DNA from: Escherichia phage Ge15
Strand: one strand, 5' to 3'
Sequence record: PP359696.1
Length of the DNA stretch: 64,000 nucleotides
In this document: positions 18,422 through 27,955 of the stretch, piece after piece
Numbering within the stretch: the stretch's first letter is position 1
How the letters are laid out: each line of letters begins with the position of its first letter
The notes under the pieces: generated by a model
What the model saw: only the letters and a program-made list of their open reading frames with translations
The model's database searches: none
Told to the model about the DNA's origin: nothing
Translations under genes and position numbers: made by a program

Positions 18422-18605
18422 TCCTAAAAACAAAGCAGTAATTATTCGTCAATGGGAACGCATTTGCCGTACTAAATGTCCAATTAATAGTCCACATGAT
18501 GTAGATAAAGACTACATTGGAACATTCGTTGAATATACCTTTATTGATAAGAAAGGTCGTAAACAACATGTAGAAGAATATTGCTTAAAGGTTACATGGT
18601 TATGA
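18393..18605 (+). CDS. hypothetical Cys-containing small protein
   Basis: 70-aa ORF with GGTGGA RBS. Confidence 0.45.
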   Translation: MKVHYPHPFDPKNKAVIIRQWERICRTKCPINSPHDVDKDYIGTFVEYTFIDKKGRKQHVEEYCLKVTWL

Positions 18606-18626
18606 GCCAAACTAGTATTCTTAAAA

Positions 18627-18809
18627 ATGCCCACTGTGAAAAGTGTAAGTGGCCGGTTGTTTTTTGCTTTATGCAACGATGAAATGGCTTGTGATTTCGA
18701 TTATTGGTGCTATTGTTCTAATAAAGGATGCATCAATCATAAAGGTGAAGGATTTTATTCAGGATTTTACCCTTATCCTGATTTCGTTAAAGAAGGTAAA
18801 CCAAAATGA
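18627..18809 (+). CDS. hypothetical Cys-rich small protein
   Basis: 60-aa ORF with seven Cys (CDFDYWCYCSNKGCINH); possible zinc-binding. Confidence 0.45.
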   Translation: MPTVKSVSGRLFFALCNDEMACDFDYWCYCSNKGCINHKGEGFYSGFYPYPDFVKEGKPK

Positions 18810-18982
18810 ATGATGATTTAAAATATCAATTATTACGTGAACTTGATGTTTTGATTGAACTTTCTGCACAAAAAGGATTTATAATTGGATCGGGTCAAAA
18901 AGACCCCAACGGTCATTCAATCGTAGCGGTTATGAATCAGAAACGAGTCATTTTAAAACTTTTGGGGATTGACATACTGTGA
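18806..18982 (+). CDS. hypothetical small protein
   Basis: 58-aa ORF (below track cutoff) from ATG 18806, coupled to neighbours. Confidence 0.4.
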   Translation: MNDDLKYQLLRELDVLIELSAQKGFIIGSGQKDPNGHSIVAVMNQKRVILKLLGIDIL

Positions 18983-19164
18983 GCCTAAGCAAAGAACAAA
19001 AAGATAAATTGTTTGAGCTTATCCATGAACTTCTAGATGAGCATGCAGAAGCAAACACCTTTTATGATGAATACGGCCCGCTATCTCCCGAACAGCAGGA
19101 AGAATTTGCTGATCGGTTTGATAAGAAAGAAAATGAATTAATAGCTTATGTGAATACGCTTTAA
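18979..19164 (+). CDS. hypothetical acidic small protein
   Basis: 61-aa ORF, GTG start overlapping upstream stop. Confidence 0.45.
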   Translation: MSLSKEQKDKLFELIHELLDEHAEANTFYDEYGPLSPEQQEEFADRFDKKENELIAYVNTL

Positions 19165-19173
19165 GAAGGTGAT

Positions 19174-19755
19174 ATGGCGAGTTTAATTTTTACTTATGCA
19201 GCAATGAATGCTGGAAAATCTGCTTCTCTTTTGACTGCTGCACATAATTATAAAGAACGTGGAATGAGTGTATTAGTTCTTAAGCCTGCTATTGATACTC
19301 GCGATTCTGTCTGTGAAGTTGTTTCTCGCATTGGAATTAAACAGGAAGCGAATATTATTACAGATGATATGGATATTTTCGAGTTCTATAAATGGGCTGA
19401 AGCACAAAAAGATATTCATTGCGTATTTGTAGATGAAGCTCAGTTTTTAAAAACTGAACAGGTGCACCAATTAAGCCGAATTGTTGATACATATAATGTT
19501 CCTGTTATGGCTTATGGATTAAGGACTGATTTCGCTGGAAAATTGTTTGAAGGTTCTAAAGAACTTTTAGCGATTGCAGATAAACTTATTGAACTAAAGG
19601 CAGTTTGTCATTGCGGCAAAAAAGCGATTATGACAGCTCGATTAATGGAAGATGGAACACCAGTTAAAGAAGGTAATCAAATCTGTATTGGTGATGAAAT
19701 TTATGTTTCTTTGTGCAGAAAACATTGGAATGAATTAACTAAAAAGCTTGGTTAG
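19174..19755 (+). CDS. tk: thymidine kinase
   Basis: 193-aa ORF with P-loop AAMNAGKSASLL and zinc ribbon CHCGKK...CRKH; T4 Tk. Confidence 0.9.
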   Translation: MASLIFTYAAMNAGKSASLLTAAHNYKERGMSVLVLKPAIDTRDSVCEVVSRIGIKQEANIITDDMDIFEFYKWAEAQKDIHCVFVDEAQFLKTEQVHQLSRIVDTYNVPVMAYGLRTDFAGKLFEGSKELLAIADKLIELKAVCHCGKKAIMTARLMEDGTPVKEGNQICIGDEIYVSLCRKHWNELTKKLG

Positions 19756-19764
19756 TGCAAAAGT

Positions 19765-19772
19765 TATAAATA
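19765..19772 (+). promoter_or_regulatory. late promoter TATAAATA
   Basis: Exact TATAAATA upstream of the rI cluster. Confidence 0.5.
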
Positions 19773-19797
19773 GGTTTATCTAACTAAAGGGGTATAT

Positions 19798-20010
19798 ATG
19801 CTACAATTAACTGAAAAGCAACTTCGCAATCTTACTGTGCTTCAATTAGATGAAATTCGTAGGGAAGTTGGAAATATCATTTCAGCTTTGCGTCGAGAAG
19901 TATCACTCAACCAATCTCCGGCAGACTATACTAGATTGCGAAATTTTGAAAAATACCTTGATAAAGTTAAGGCCGTGCATCGGCATAAAGTAAATACAGG
20001 ACAAAAATGA
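19798..20010 (+). CDS. hypothetical protein (rI.-1 position)
   Basis: 70-aa ORF upstream of rI. Confidence 0.55.
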
Positions 20011-20022
20011 TAGGAGGCCTTT

Positions 20023-20316
20023 ATGGCCTTAAAAGCAACGGCACTATTTGCCATGCTAGGATTGTCATTTGTTTTATCTCCATCGATTGAAGCGAATGTC
20101 GATCCTCATTTTGATAAATTTATGGAATCTGGTATTAGGCACGTTTATATGCTTTTTGAAAATAAAAGCGTAGAATCGTCTGAACAATTCTATAGTTTTA
20201 TGAGAACGACCTATAAAAATGACCCGTGCTCTTCTGATTTTGAATGTATAGAACGAGGCGCGGAGATGGCACAATCATACGCTAGAATTATGAACATTAA
20301 ATTGGAGACTGAATGA
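20023..20316 (+). CDS. rI: lysis inhibition regulator RI
   Basis: 97-aa ORF with N-terminal signal-anchor MALKATALFAMLGLSFVLSPSIEA; recognised as T4 RI. Confidence 0.85.
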   Translation: MALKATALFAMLGLSFVLSPSIEANVDPHFDKFMESGIRHVYMLFENKSVESSEQFYSFMRTTYKNDPCSSDFECIERGAEMAQSYARIMNIKLETE

Positions 20317-20699
20317 AATTCAGCGACTTTTCACAAAGTGGAAAACCTTCAAAGGCAGATGAATACTTAGGTTTATTAATGGCTGCACAAGCTTATTTTC
20401 ATTCTGCACATTTTGAAACTAAAAGTTATGCTAGACACAAAGCATACGATTTTATTTTCTCCGAGTTGCCAGATTTGATTGATAAATTTGGTGAGCAATA
20501 TTTGGGGTATTCTGGTAGAAAATACACACCTTCAATTCCAGATGCCAGTAAACTTCCTACCGACACAATTAAAATGATTGATCACATACTAGACCAATCT
20601 AACAGCATTTATAAAGAAATGCCTCCAGCCATCCAAAGCACGATAGATGATATTACTGGAATGTTTTACCAGAGTAAGTATCTTCTTTCCCTCGAATAA
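20313..20699 (+). CDS. hypothetical protein (rI.1 position)
   Basis: 128-aa ORF overlapping rI stop. Confidence 0.55.
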   Translation: MKFSDFSQSGKPSKADEYLGLLMAAQAYFHSAHFETKSYARHKAYDFIFSELPDLIDKFGEQYLGYSGRKYTPSIPDASKLPTDTIKMIDHILDQSNSIYKEMPPAIQSTIDDITGMFYQSKYLLSLE

Positions 20700-20703
20700 C
20701 ATT

Positions 20704-20727
20704 AGTCTCCTTCGGGAGACTTTTTTC
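20704..20727 (+). terminator. rho-independent terminator
   Basis: AGTCTCCTTCGGGAGACT hairpin then TTTTTT. Confidence 0.75.
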
Positions 20728-20736
20728 ATTTTACCG

Positions 20737-20766
20737 GTTTACTTTCCGTTTGAGCTGTGGTACTAT
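20737..20766 (+). promoter_or_regulatory. early promoter (GTTTAC ... TGGTACTAT)
   Basis: Shares upstream TTTTCATTTTACCGGTTTACTTTCC with the promoter near 61565. Confidence 0.55.
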
Positions 20767-20794
20767 ACAACTATCGGATAAAGAGGAGAACATC

Positions 20795-20983
20795 ATGAAA
20801 ATTGAAGCACTCAATCAAGAAGGAAATATCTACGTCATCATTAATGGTGATTTTTTCGTCGACATGGATGAAGTTACTAGTGAAGAACTTGTAGAATTTC
20901 TTAAGAAACGTTATAATATGTGTGATGAAGTTGCAACTCACATGGCGTGTGCAATATTCTCTCTTTCATATGTGGTGGAATAA
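20795..20983 (+). CDS. hypothetical protein
   Basis: 62-aa ORF from ATG 20795 with GAGGAGAA RBS. Confidence 0.5.
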   Translation: MKIEALNQEGNIYVIINGDFFVDMDEVTSEELVEFLKKRYNMCDEVATHMACAIFSLSYVVE

Positions 20984-21186
20984 TGATTAGTATCGAACAA
21001 GCGGATAAAATTAAGGAATTGGTAGCTTTAATTCGTAAAGCAGATGAGGAACTTAGTGACTTTGCTTGGTTTTCGTCAGGCATTGCAAATAAAAGTATTG
21101 AAGAACTTGAAGCTAAAGTTGATAATGCTTTAGAAGCGTTAGATATGTTTCTTGATGAAATTATCGATCATAATACGAGAGTTTAA
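20983..21186 (+). CDS. hypothetical protein
   Basis: 67-aa ORF from ATG 20983 overlapping upstream stop. Confidence 0.5.
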   Translation: MISIEQADKIKELVALIRKADEELSDFAWFSSGIANKSIEELEAKVDNALEALDMFLDEIIDHNTRV

Positions 21187-21188
21187 TT

Positions 21189-21383
21189 ATGCTAACACGT
21201 GAACAGTTTGAAAAAATCATTAAATTAGCACGTGATATTGAAATAGATTCATATCAATTAGCAGTTGAGCATTGTGAAGGATATTCATACGACGGTATAG
21301 AAGCAGCTAAAAGAGATTTGGATAAATCCAAAGCTAAGTTAGTTCAATATCTTGAAATGATTAGGTGGAATAATGAAAACTGA
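21189..21383 (+). CDS. hypothetical protein
   Basis: 64-aa ORF. Confidence 0.5.
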   Translation: MLTREQFEKIIKLARDIEIDSYQLAVEHCEGYSYDGIEAAKRDLDKSKAKLVQYLEMIRWNNEN

Positions 21384-21546
21384 AAAGCAGATGTTTTTAA
21401 TGAAGCTAATTGAAGAATATGCTAATGCAGTTTCTGACTATGAGTATTCTGCTCGGGAAAGAGGTACAGCTTTCGCAAAAGAAGAAATGAAAATCATGGT
21501 TGATGCTCACACAAAGCTTCAGAATTTTATTGAAAACGTCATTTAA
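21373..21546 (+). CDS. hypothetical small protein
   Basis: 57-aa ORF (below track cutoff) overlapping upstream gene end. Confidence 0.4.
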   Translation: MKTEKQMFLMKLIEEYANAVSDYEYSARERGTAFAKEEMKIMVDAHTKLQNFIENVI

Positions 21547-21710
21547 TGGTTTACAAGTTGGCAAGGTTATGGTATAGTAATCTTGTCAACTGCCAAGGAG
21601 AAGAGAATGAAAGTTTTGTTTGTTGTGTATGTGGTGATTCAATATAATTACCCAATGTTTACTTATAATCTGGTGAACAACATTATTGATATGATTCAGA
21701 GGAGTATGTA

Positions 21711-22256
21711 ATGACGGTAGCGGCGAAACGATTAGTATTAGAAGTTAGTTCACTTTTTGGTGAATTGGCTATAGAAAAAGTAAATAATATGTATCGTTTG
21801 ACACAAGAAGACGATATGCTGTATTTTACGCCTAGTGAAATCATTCATTTAACCAAAATTGAAAATCCTTATACTGATAAAATTGTAAGCATTAATGATG
21901 AGCATAAAATTCATTTTTATTCTTCATGCCCAGGATTTAATATTGAAAGCGAGTCAATATGCTTATCAGTTATCCATTGGGATAGTTTTATAGATAAGAT
22001 TAAATATTTTTATTATTCTAATGAAAGAAAACATAGTTTAAAATGGTTTAAAAATTGCAATGCTATTATTACTAACGCTTGCAATCAGAATGATGAAACT
22101 GTTTTAAACGTATCAAAATGTTATGAAGATGGAGATGTCTTAACTATTCGTCAAATTGATGATTTTCGAGCACATATTGTCACATTTACCAAAGACGAAG
22201 CTATTGCACTAAAGACTTATCTTGATTCTGTCATTCCAACTATGATTTCAAAGTGA
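21711..22256 (+). CDS. hypothetical protein, paralog A
   Basis: 181-aa ORF; shares GFNIE and C-terminal TKDEAIALKTYLDSVIPTM motifs with the next gene. Confidence 0.55.
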   Translation: MTVAAKRLVLEVSSLFGELAIEKVNNMYRLTQEDDMLYFTPSEIIHLTKIENPYTDKIVSINDEHKIHFYSSCPGFNIESESICLSVIHWDSFIDKIKYFYYSNERKHSLKWFKNCNAIITNACNQNDETVLNVSKCYEDGDVLTIRQIDDFRAHIVTFTKDEAIALKTYLDSVIPTMISK

Positions 22257-22262
22257 GGAAAT

Positions 22263-22784
22263 ATGTTTATTTCAAGTGAAAGTGGTTTAATTCGTGTTGA
22301 ATTTAAAAATGACATCTTTCTTATTCAAGGAGATGATATTATTAAAATGAGTTATGACGAAATCAAGAAAATTTGTCATGCTCTTGAAAGTCATGGAAAA
22401 GTGAACGCTGTTATTGATATTGGCGATTTATGGGTGACACTTTATGAAGTATCCGAAGGATTTAACATTGAAGATGAAAATAACATTTTAGCTATTGATA
22501 AAAGAACTGATTTGCTTGATGTGTTAAAAGTTTATGAACAGTCAAACGGTGGAAGAAAAGCTGTATTGATTTATCAAAAACCGCATTCATGTGGAACTGC
22601 TTCAATCATTTCAAATATTGAAGGCGAAGTTGATACTTATATGTGTGTTTTAAAAGCTGGTGGTGACCGTCATCCGGATTTTATTTCTATTCGTCAAAAC
22701 AATGGAGAAATTTCATTATCAAAATCAGAAGCTGAAGCTATGATTAAGTATTTAACAACCGTTACGCCTTCAATGAAAGGATAA
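22263..22784 (+). CDS. hypothetical protein, paralog B
   Basis: 173-aa ORF; C-terminus SKSEAEAMIKYLTTVTPSM parallels paralog A. Confidence 0.55.
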   Translation: MFISSESGLIRVEFKNDIFLIQGDDIIKMSYDEIKKICHALESHGKVNAVIDIGDLWVTLYEVSEGFNIEDENNILAIDKRTDLLDVLKVYEQSNGGRKAVLIYQKPHSCGTASIISNIEGEVDTYMCVLKAGGDRHPDFISIRQNNGEISLSKSEAEAMIKYLTTVTPSMKG

Positions 22785-22786
22785 TT

Positions 22787-23248
22787 ATGATTATTAATGA
22801 AAACTCTTGGCACTATAAATTATTCAAATTGTTTAACGATGAATGGCAACGACCTAAGACATTATGCGCATATTTTTGGTCTATTGCCATTCCTACATTT
22901 TTCGTTTCTATTTTTGGATGTGTTATACTCGTAGGGCTAACAATTATTTGTGCAGAAAGCCTACAACGTTGGCTTATTTTCGGTAGTTTATGGACTCTTC
23001 TTCCATCGGCATTTATACTTGCACTTTTGGTTGTTTTACTTATTATCGGTTCATTTGTTATTCCTGCACATTTGCGTGAAAAATATAAAGATTATAAATG
23101 GAAAAAGGATTATGCTTTACACGTAGAAAATATTGATAGGGCGTATAAAGGTTTACCTCCTATTCAACCCAAGAAATCGGTTATCGTTGAATTTTTAAAA
23201 GCTCGTAAAGCTAAAGTATGTCCTGTTATTGAATATAAGGCTGAATGA
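22787..23248 (+). CDS. membrane protein, unknown function
   Basis: 153-aa ORF with two or three predicted TM helices. Confidence 0.55.
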   Translation: MIINENSWHYKLFKLFNDEWQRPKTLCAYFWSIAIPTFFVSIFGCVILVGLTIICAESLQRWLIFGSLWTLLPSAFILALLVVLLIIGSFVIPAHLREKYKDYKWKKDYALHVENIDRAYKGLPPIQPKKSVIVEFLKARKAKVCPVIEYKAE

Positions 23249-24258
23249 TGAAAACAGTAATGAAAAGCTATTTTGGTAGTCATCTTTATGGAACTTCTAC
23301 CCCAGAATCTGATGTAGATTTTAAAGAAATCTTTGTTCCTCCTGCTCGTGATATTCTTATCGGAAATGTTAAAGAGCATATGAGTAAAAATACCAACAAC
23401 ACATCATCTAAAAACACTAAAGATGATATTGACCACGAATTGTATAGTCTTAAGTATTTCTTTAAATTAGCAGCAGATGGTGAAACTGTAGCATTAGATA
23501 TGCTTCACACTCCACCTGAACTAGTGGTTAAATCTGATTTGCCTGATGTGTGGAAGTTTATTCAAGACAACCGTTCTCGTTTTTATACGACTAACATGAA
23601 ATCCTATTTAGGATATGTCCGCAAGCAAGCTTCTAAATACGGTGTCAAGGGTTCTCGTTTGGCTGCATTACGCGATGTATTGAAAGTAGTTAATCAAATC
23701 CCTGAGCAATGGGTTGATTACCAAGAAGACGGTTCCATTAAGCAGCGTCGTACTAAAGTTGAAGATATTAAGCATCGTCTTCCAGAAAACGAATTCTGTG
23801 AATGGGTGTTCCATAATCATGAGAAAACAGGTCCACAAACGTTCTATACAGTGCTGGGTCGTAAATATCAGACAACGCTTTCTCTTATTGAGCTTAAGCA
23901 GTCACTGAACAAATTAGATGCTGAATATGGTGAACGTGCTCGTAAAGCCGAAGCTAATGAAGGTATTGATTGGAAAGCACTAAGTCATGCTTGTCGTGGT
24001 GGACTTCAACTATTGGAAATTTACAAAACTGGCGACTTGATTTATCCACTCCAAGATGCTCCATTTATTCTCGACGTGAAGTTGGGTAAACATCCATTTA
24101 AAACAGTTCAAGAGTTTTTGGAAGATGTGGTCGATCAAGTAGAAGCAGCATCTACTGAAGCTTCTAAGAACGGTATGCAGCAAAAAGTAGACATGGGTTT
24201 CTGGGATGACTTCCTTGAGAAGGTCTATCTTGAAAACCACCGAAGTTATTATAAATGA
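23245..24258 (+). CDS. Pol-beta-superfamily nucleotidyltransferase-like protein
   Basis: 337-aa ORF with N-terminal motif YFGSHLYGTSTPESDVDF (GS-x9-D-x-D). Confidence 0.6.
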   Translation: MMKTVMKSYFGSHLYGTSTPESDVDFKEIFVPPARDILIGNVKEHMSKNTNNTSSKNTKDDIDHELYSLKYFFKLAADGETVALDMLHTPPELVVKSDLPDVWKFIQDNRSRFYTTNMKSYLGYVRKQASKYGVKGSRLAALRDVLKVVNQIPEQWVDYQEDGSIKQRRTKVEDIKHRLPENEFCEWVFHNHEKTGPQTFYTVLGRKYQTTLSLIELKQSLNKLDAEYGERARKAEANEGIDWKALSHACRGGLQLLEIYKTGDLIYPLQDAPFILDVKLGKHPFKTVQEFLEDVVDQVEAASTEASKNGMQQKVDMGFWDDFLEKVYLENHRSYYK

Positions 24259-24260
24259 TA

Positions 24261-24284
24261 GGGAGCCTTCGGGCTCCCTTTTTT
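24261..24284 (+). terminator. rho-independent terminator
   Basis: GGGAGCCTTCGGGCTCCC hairpin then TTTTTT. Confidence 0.75.
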
Positions 24285-24308
24285 ATTTCAAAAATTTTTC
24301 ACAAAGTT

Positions 24309-24338
24309 GTTTACAAGCATAAAGCTTTATGGTACTAT
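24309..24338 (+). promoter_or_regulatory. early promoter (TTCACAAAGTTGTTTACA ... TGGTACTAT)
   Basis: Same upstream element and -10 core as other early promoters in the window. Confidence 0.55.
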
Positions 24339-24376
24339 ACAACTATCAAAACAAATGAGTAAATTGGAGATACAAA

Positions 24377-24577
24377 ATGACTACTTTGAATAAACGTTTC
24401 GGTAAAGCTAAATCTGGGTGTGCAGCTGAACGTCGTTATGTTTTCGCTCAGTTAGAAGATGTAGAGTATCAGATTAATCAAGTTCACATTACTGGTATCG
24501 AGCCTATGTGTGGCCTTGAAGCTCTTCGTGAAGTTCGTGACGGGTATCGTCGTGACATCGAAGAAATGTCAAAATAA
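24377..24577 (+). CDS. hypothetical protein
   Basis: 66-aa ORF with GGAGA RBS. Confidence 0.5.
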   Translation: MTTLNKRFGKAKSGCAAERRYVFAQLEDVEYQINQVHITGIEPMCGLEALREVRDGYRRDIEEMSK

Positions 24578-24634
24578 GTATACAAACTGATAGGACTATG
24601 TTATAGTAGTCCTATCAAATCAAAGGAGAATAAA

Positions 24635-25603
24635 ATGAAAACTGTAACTATCAATAAGGGTATCTACTTTGGCAAAGAAATCTCTGGAACTTTTGAGCTC
24701 TTAGGCGAATGGTTCCCAGATAATGCTCCGGTAGATGCACAAGGAGATGGTAAAGTTTTTGTTGAAATTGACGGTAAACGTCGCGGTGTTTGGGTTTACA
24801 AATCAGATATTTCATATGATGGTGTAAAAGTTGAAGAAGTTAAAGAATCGTATGAAGATATGAAAACCCGCATTAATAAAAGATTTAATGTTATGGGAAT
24901 GATGACGAATGGTATTATTAATGGAAATATTCGTTCATTAATTATCTCTGGCGCAGCAGGTATTGGTAAAACGTATTCTTTAGATAAAGCTTTAAATAAA
25001 GCAAATGATATTGGATACATTGAATATAAAAGCATTAATGGTAAAATCTCTGGTATCGGTCTTTATGAACAGCTTTGGAATAATCGTGAAGAGAATTCTG
25101 TCCTTTTGATTGATGATGTGGATGTTTTCTCTGATATGGACATTCTTAATCTTCTGAAAGCTGCTCTGGACACCGGAGAGACCCGCAAAGTCTGCTGGAG
25201 CACTGCATCTTCTTACTTAGAAGAAAAAGGCATTGAGCGTGAGTTTGAATTTAAAGGAACGATTGTTTTTATCACAAACGTTGACATTGACCGCGAATTA
25301 GACCGTGGTACTAAACTTGCTCCACATTTACAAGCATTAGTTTCCCGCTCGGTTTATTTAGATTTGGGTGTTCACACTAATGAAGAAATTATGGTCAGGG
25401 TTGAAGATGTTATTCTTTCAACTGACATGATGCAAAAACGCGGTCTTTCTGATGAAGAAACTTATAAAGCATTATCATGGATGAAAGTCAATGTTAATCG
25501 TTTACGCAATGTTTCACTGCGTACTGCACTTTATCTTGCTGACTTTATTATGACCGACAAAAACGGTTGGGAAGAAATCGCTGAGGTTACTCTTCTGAAA
25601 TAA
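24635..25603 (+). CDS. AAA+/P-loop ATPase, unknown function
   Basis: 322-aa ORF with Walker A ISGAAGIGKTY and Walker B VLLIDDVD. Confidence 0.65.
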   Translation: MKTVTINKGIYFGKEISGTFELLGEWFPDNAPVDAQGDGKVFVEIDGKRRGVWVYKSDISYDGVKVEEVKESYEDMKTRINKRFNVMGMMTNGIINGNIRSLIISGAAGIGKTYSLDKALNKANDIGYIEYKSINGKISGIGLYEQLWNNREENSVLLIDDVDVFSDMDILNLLKAALDTGETRKVCWSTASSYLEEKGIEREFEFKGTIVFITNVDIDRELDRGTKLAPHLQALVSRSVYLDLGVHTNEEIMVRVEDVILSTDMMQKRGLSDEETYKALSWMKVNVNRLRNVSLRTALYLADFIMTDKNGWEEIAEVTLLK

Positions 25604-25692
25604 TTCATAAGAGGCCTTCTATGACAAAAAGGCAGTTCAGAAATAGATTATATGGACTGCCATCAAAAAGATGACTAGAATTAAACTAGTAA

Positions 25693-26007
25693 ATGGAGGT
25701 AATGATGTTATACTCAAAGGCTCGTGAAATTTACGAAACTAAAATTAAAGAAGCAGTATTTCAGTTCGCAACAACGATGCGATGGACAAATGACTGGGAG
25801 TATTCAAAAAATCATAAGAAGCCCTTGGTGACAAGAAAGGCTCATATGTTAGTGTTAATAGACCGTGAGCAGATTAAAGCCCGAGAAGCCCTCCAGAATC
25901 ATAAAAAGGCTGCCTTTGAATGGTTTATGGATAATACTGCTCCTGAGACTAAGAAAGCGGTCAGCGCATGGTTCAGTGGAAAAAATTGTGAAAGAAGTTT
26001 CTTTTAG
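25693..26007 (+). CDS. hypothetical protein
   Basis: 104-aa ORF; true start may be ATG 25702 or 25705 after GGAGG. Confidence 0.5.
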   Translation: MEVMMLYSKAREIYETKIKEAVFQFATTMRWTNDWEYSKNHKKPLVTRKAHMLVLIDREQIKAREALQNHKKAAFEWFMDNTAPETKKAVSAWFSGKNCERSFF

Positions 26008-26009
26008 TT

Positions 26010-26039
26010 GTTTACAAGACCGTTCCTCTGTGGTACTAT
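26010..26039 (+). promoter_or_regulatory. early promoter (GTTTAC ... TGGTACTAT)
   Basis: Upstream arm GTTCCTC is complementary to the downstream RBS GAGGAAC. Confidence 0.55.
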
Positions 26040-26067
26040 ACAACTATCAACTACGGAGGAACACAAA

Positions 26068-26595
26068 ATGAACGCTAAAGATATTTTCAACCTGGTAAAT
26101 TACAACGATGGTAAATTTAAATCAGAAGCACAAAGCAAGTTCTTTAATGACATCTCAATCGGAGGTGAAATCACGGTTGATGGAGGACAAATTTACAAAT
26201 CCCGTTGGAATTGGATCGTTATTATTGATGAGATTGGTATCGTAGAAATTTATAAAAATACGAATAAAAATCGTACATTACACTGGTCTCGTGATACTAA
26301 CGAACAGTACAAAAAGGATAAAGCATCTAAATTATCTCGTGTAACTCAAGAAGATATTGAGTTCATCAAGAAAGATATTTTGATGTATGATAACTTAATT
26401 GCTGAAGAGCAAGCTGTTATTGATAAATTTGACGAGATTAAAGCTTCTCGTGAAATTCCTGATTTTATGAAAGAATCAGTAAATGAACGATACACTCTCA
26501 TTTCAGAGCGTATTGAAACTTACAAAAAGCAAAGAGCTGAACGCCAGAATACTCTTCGGAAGTTTGAAGAACGGTTAAAGACGGTACTCGCATAA
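26068..26595 (+). CDS. hypothetical protein with C-terminal coiled coil
   Basis: 175-aa ORF from ATG 26068; track ORF extension is promoter read-through. Confidence 0.55.
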   Translation: MNAKDIFNLVNYNDGKFKSEAQSKFFNDISIGGEITVDGGQIYKSRWNWIVIIDEIGIVEIYKNTNKNRTLHWSRDTNEQYKKDKASKLSRVTQEDIEFIKKDILMYDNLIAEEQAVIDKFDEIKASREIPDFMKESVNERYTLISERIETYKKQRAERQNTLRKFEERLKTVLA

Positions 26596-26650
26596 CCGCT
26601 TTATACCAAGGATGGTATAATGGTTCTAAGCCCTTTTAATTGAGATTATT

Positions 26651-27052
26651 ATGAAACAGTTGATAATTAAAAGATTGAATTTATTGATATGTTGTTTATG
26701 TATAGTAATTGCATATGGTTATTACGTAATTAATGATTATATGCATTATAAAGATTATGATGTTACTGTAGTTAATACCATTACAGGAACACAAGGAAAA
26801 GGGTCTAGTTTATCGTTTATTGCTGTATATGAACTCAAAGACGGTTATAGATTTAGTGAATATATTTCCCCAGAGATGTATTCTTCAATAGAAAAAGGTG
26901 ATAATATTACTGTAAGTTTACGTCCTTTCGACGTAAAACAGACATGGTTTGATAATATTGTTTGGTTCTTTGGAATGGCATTAGTTCAGTCTATATGTGG
27001 TACTTATATAGTTTGTTCAATCTTATTCCGCGTAATTAATAAAATTGAGTGA
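26651..27052 (+). CDS. membrane protein, unknown function
   Basis: 133-aa ORF with N- and C-terminal TM helices. Confidence 0.55.
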   Translation: MKQLIIKRLNLLICCLCIVIAYGYYVINDYMHYKDYDVTVVNTITGTQGKGSSLSFIAVYELKDGYRFSEYISPEMYSSIEKGDNITVSLRPFDVKQTWFDNIVWFFGMALVQSICGTYIVCSILFRVINKIE

Positions 27053-27059
27053 GGAAAAT

Positions 27060-27947
27060 ATGTCAGTAGTAATTAATAATGTCAATGCAGTAATTAAATC
27101 TTTAGTTAATAAAAAATTGAATGAATGGACTGTACTTCGTCGTGGAGAGCCAGATAAATTTTTTCATAGATTTAACCCAACTTTGGATTTGAATGTTATT
27201 GACAGAGATGTTCATGCTGAAATTTTAGATAAATTTAAAGTTGATATTGGGTTTGGATTAGATAAACATTTACAACGAACAAACGGGTCTGGAATGGGTT
27301 TATCTAATCGCATTATGAAAGCCCTTAATAAAATTGGAGCATTGTCTCGTATTAACGCGAGTGAAATCCTTCGTAATTATAATAAAGGATATGACCTTTA
27401 CGGTCGACTAATGCCGAAATTATCATTTGACCAAATGATCGCAGATTTGTGGGAAAATCAACGACGATTATTAGCATTAGGCGCTAGATTAGCTAAAGGT
27501 CTAGATAAACAAATGATTTTTAAGACCAATAATACAGAAGACCTTAAATGCTTTAAATTTAGTATTCGCGGCGATGATTATTACGTCAGAGCTCGCTCTA
27601 CAGATTATGTTAATATGGGGCATCATCTCTGTTTAGCTTTTGAAGTTTTAAAAGAAGCCGGAACATTAGAATATGTGTCTGGTGCTAAATGCCCGATTGG
27701 TTCAAGTTGTATTTTAATTTATCGCCCGGATGAATCCAGTTTAACTAAATTGCCTACAAAACCTGTACCAGTTCGTAGTAATGAAAAATATTCCGAGCAA
27801 ATTGATTATTTTAATAAGCAAATTGAAGAGCTGAATATTTCTATTCAACAGTATGACGATGAAATTTTCAGACTATCTGGATTGAGTAGTAAAGCTAAAT
27901 CTGAGCGTGAAAAATTAATTAAAATTGTTGATTTACTTAAATCTTAA
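27060..27947 (+). CDS. hypothetical protein with C-terminal coiled coil (array member 1)
   Basis: 295-aa ORF from ATG 27060 (RBS GAGGAAAA); last ~50 aa heptad-like. Confidence 0.55.
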   Translation: MSVVINNVNAVIKSLVNKKLNEWTVLRRGEPDKFFHRFNPTLDLNVIDRDVHAEILDKFKVDIGFGLDKHLQRTNGSGMGLSNRIMKALNKIGALSRINASEILRNYNKGYDLYGRLMPKLSFDQMIADLWENQRRLLALGARLAKGLDKQMIFKTNNTEDLKCFKFSIRGDDYYVRARSTDYVNMGHHLCLAFEVLKEAGTLEYVSGAKCPIGSSCILIYRPDESSLTKLPTKPVPVRSNEKYSEQIDYFNKQIEELNISIQQYDDEIFRLSGLSSKAKSEREKLIKIVDLLKS

Positions 27948-27955
27948 GGAACACT

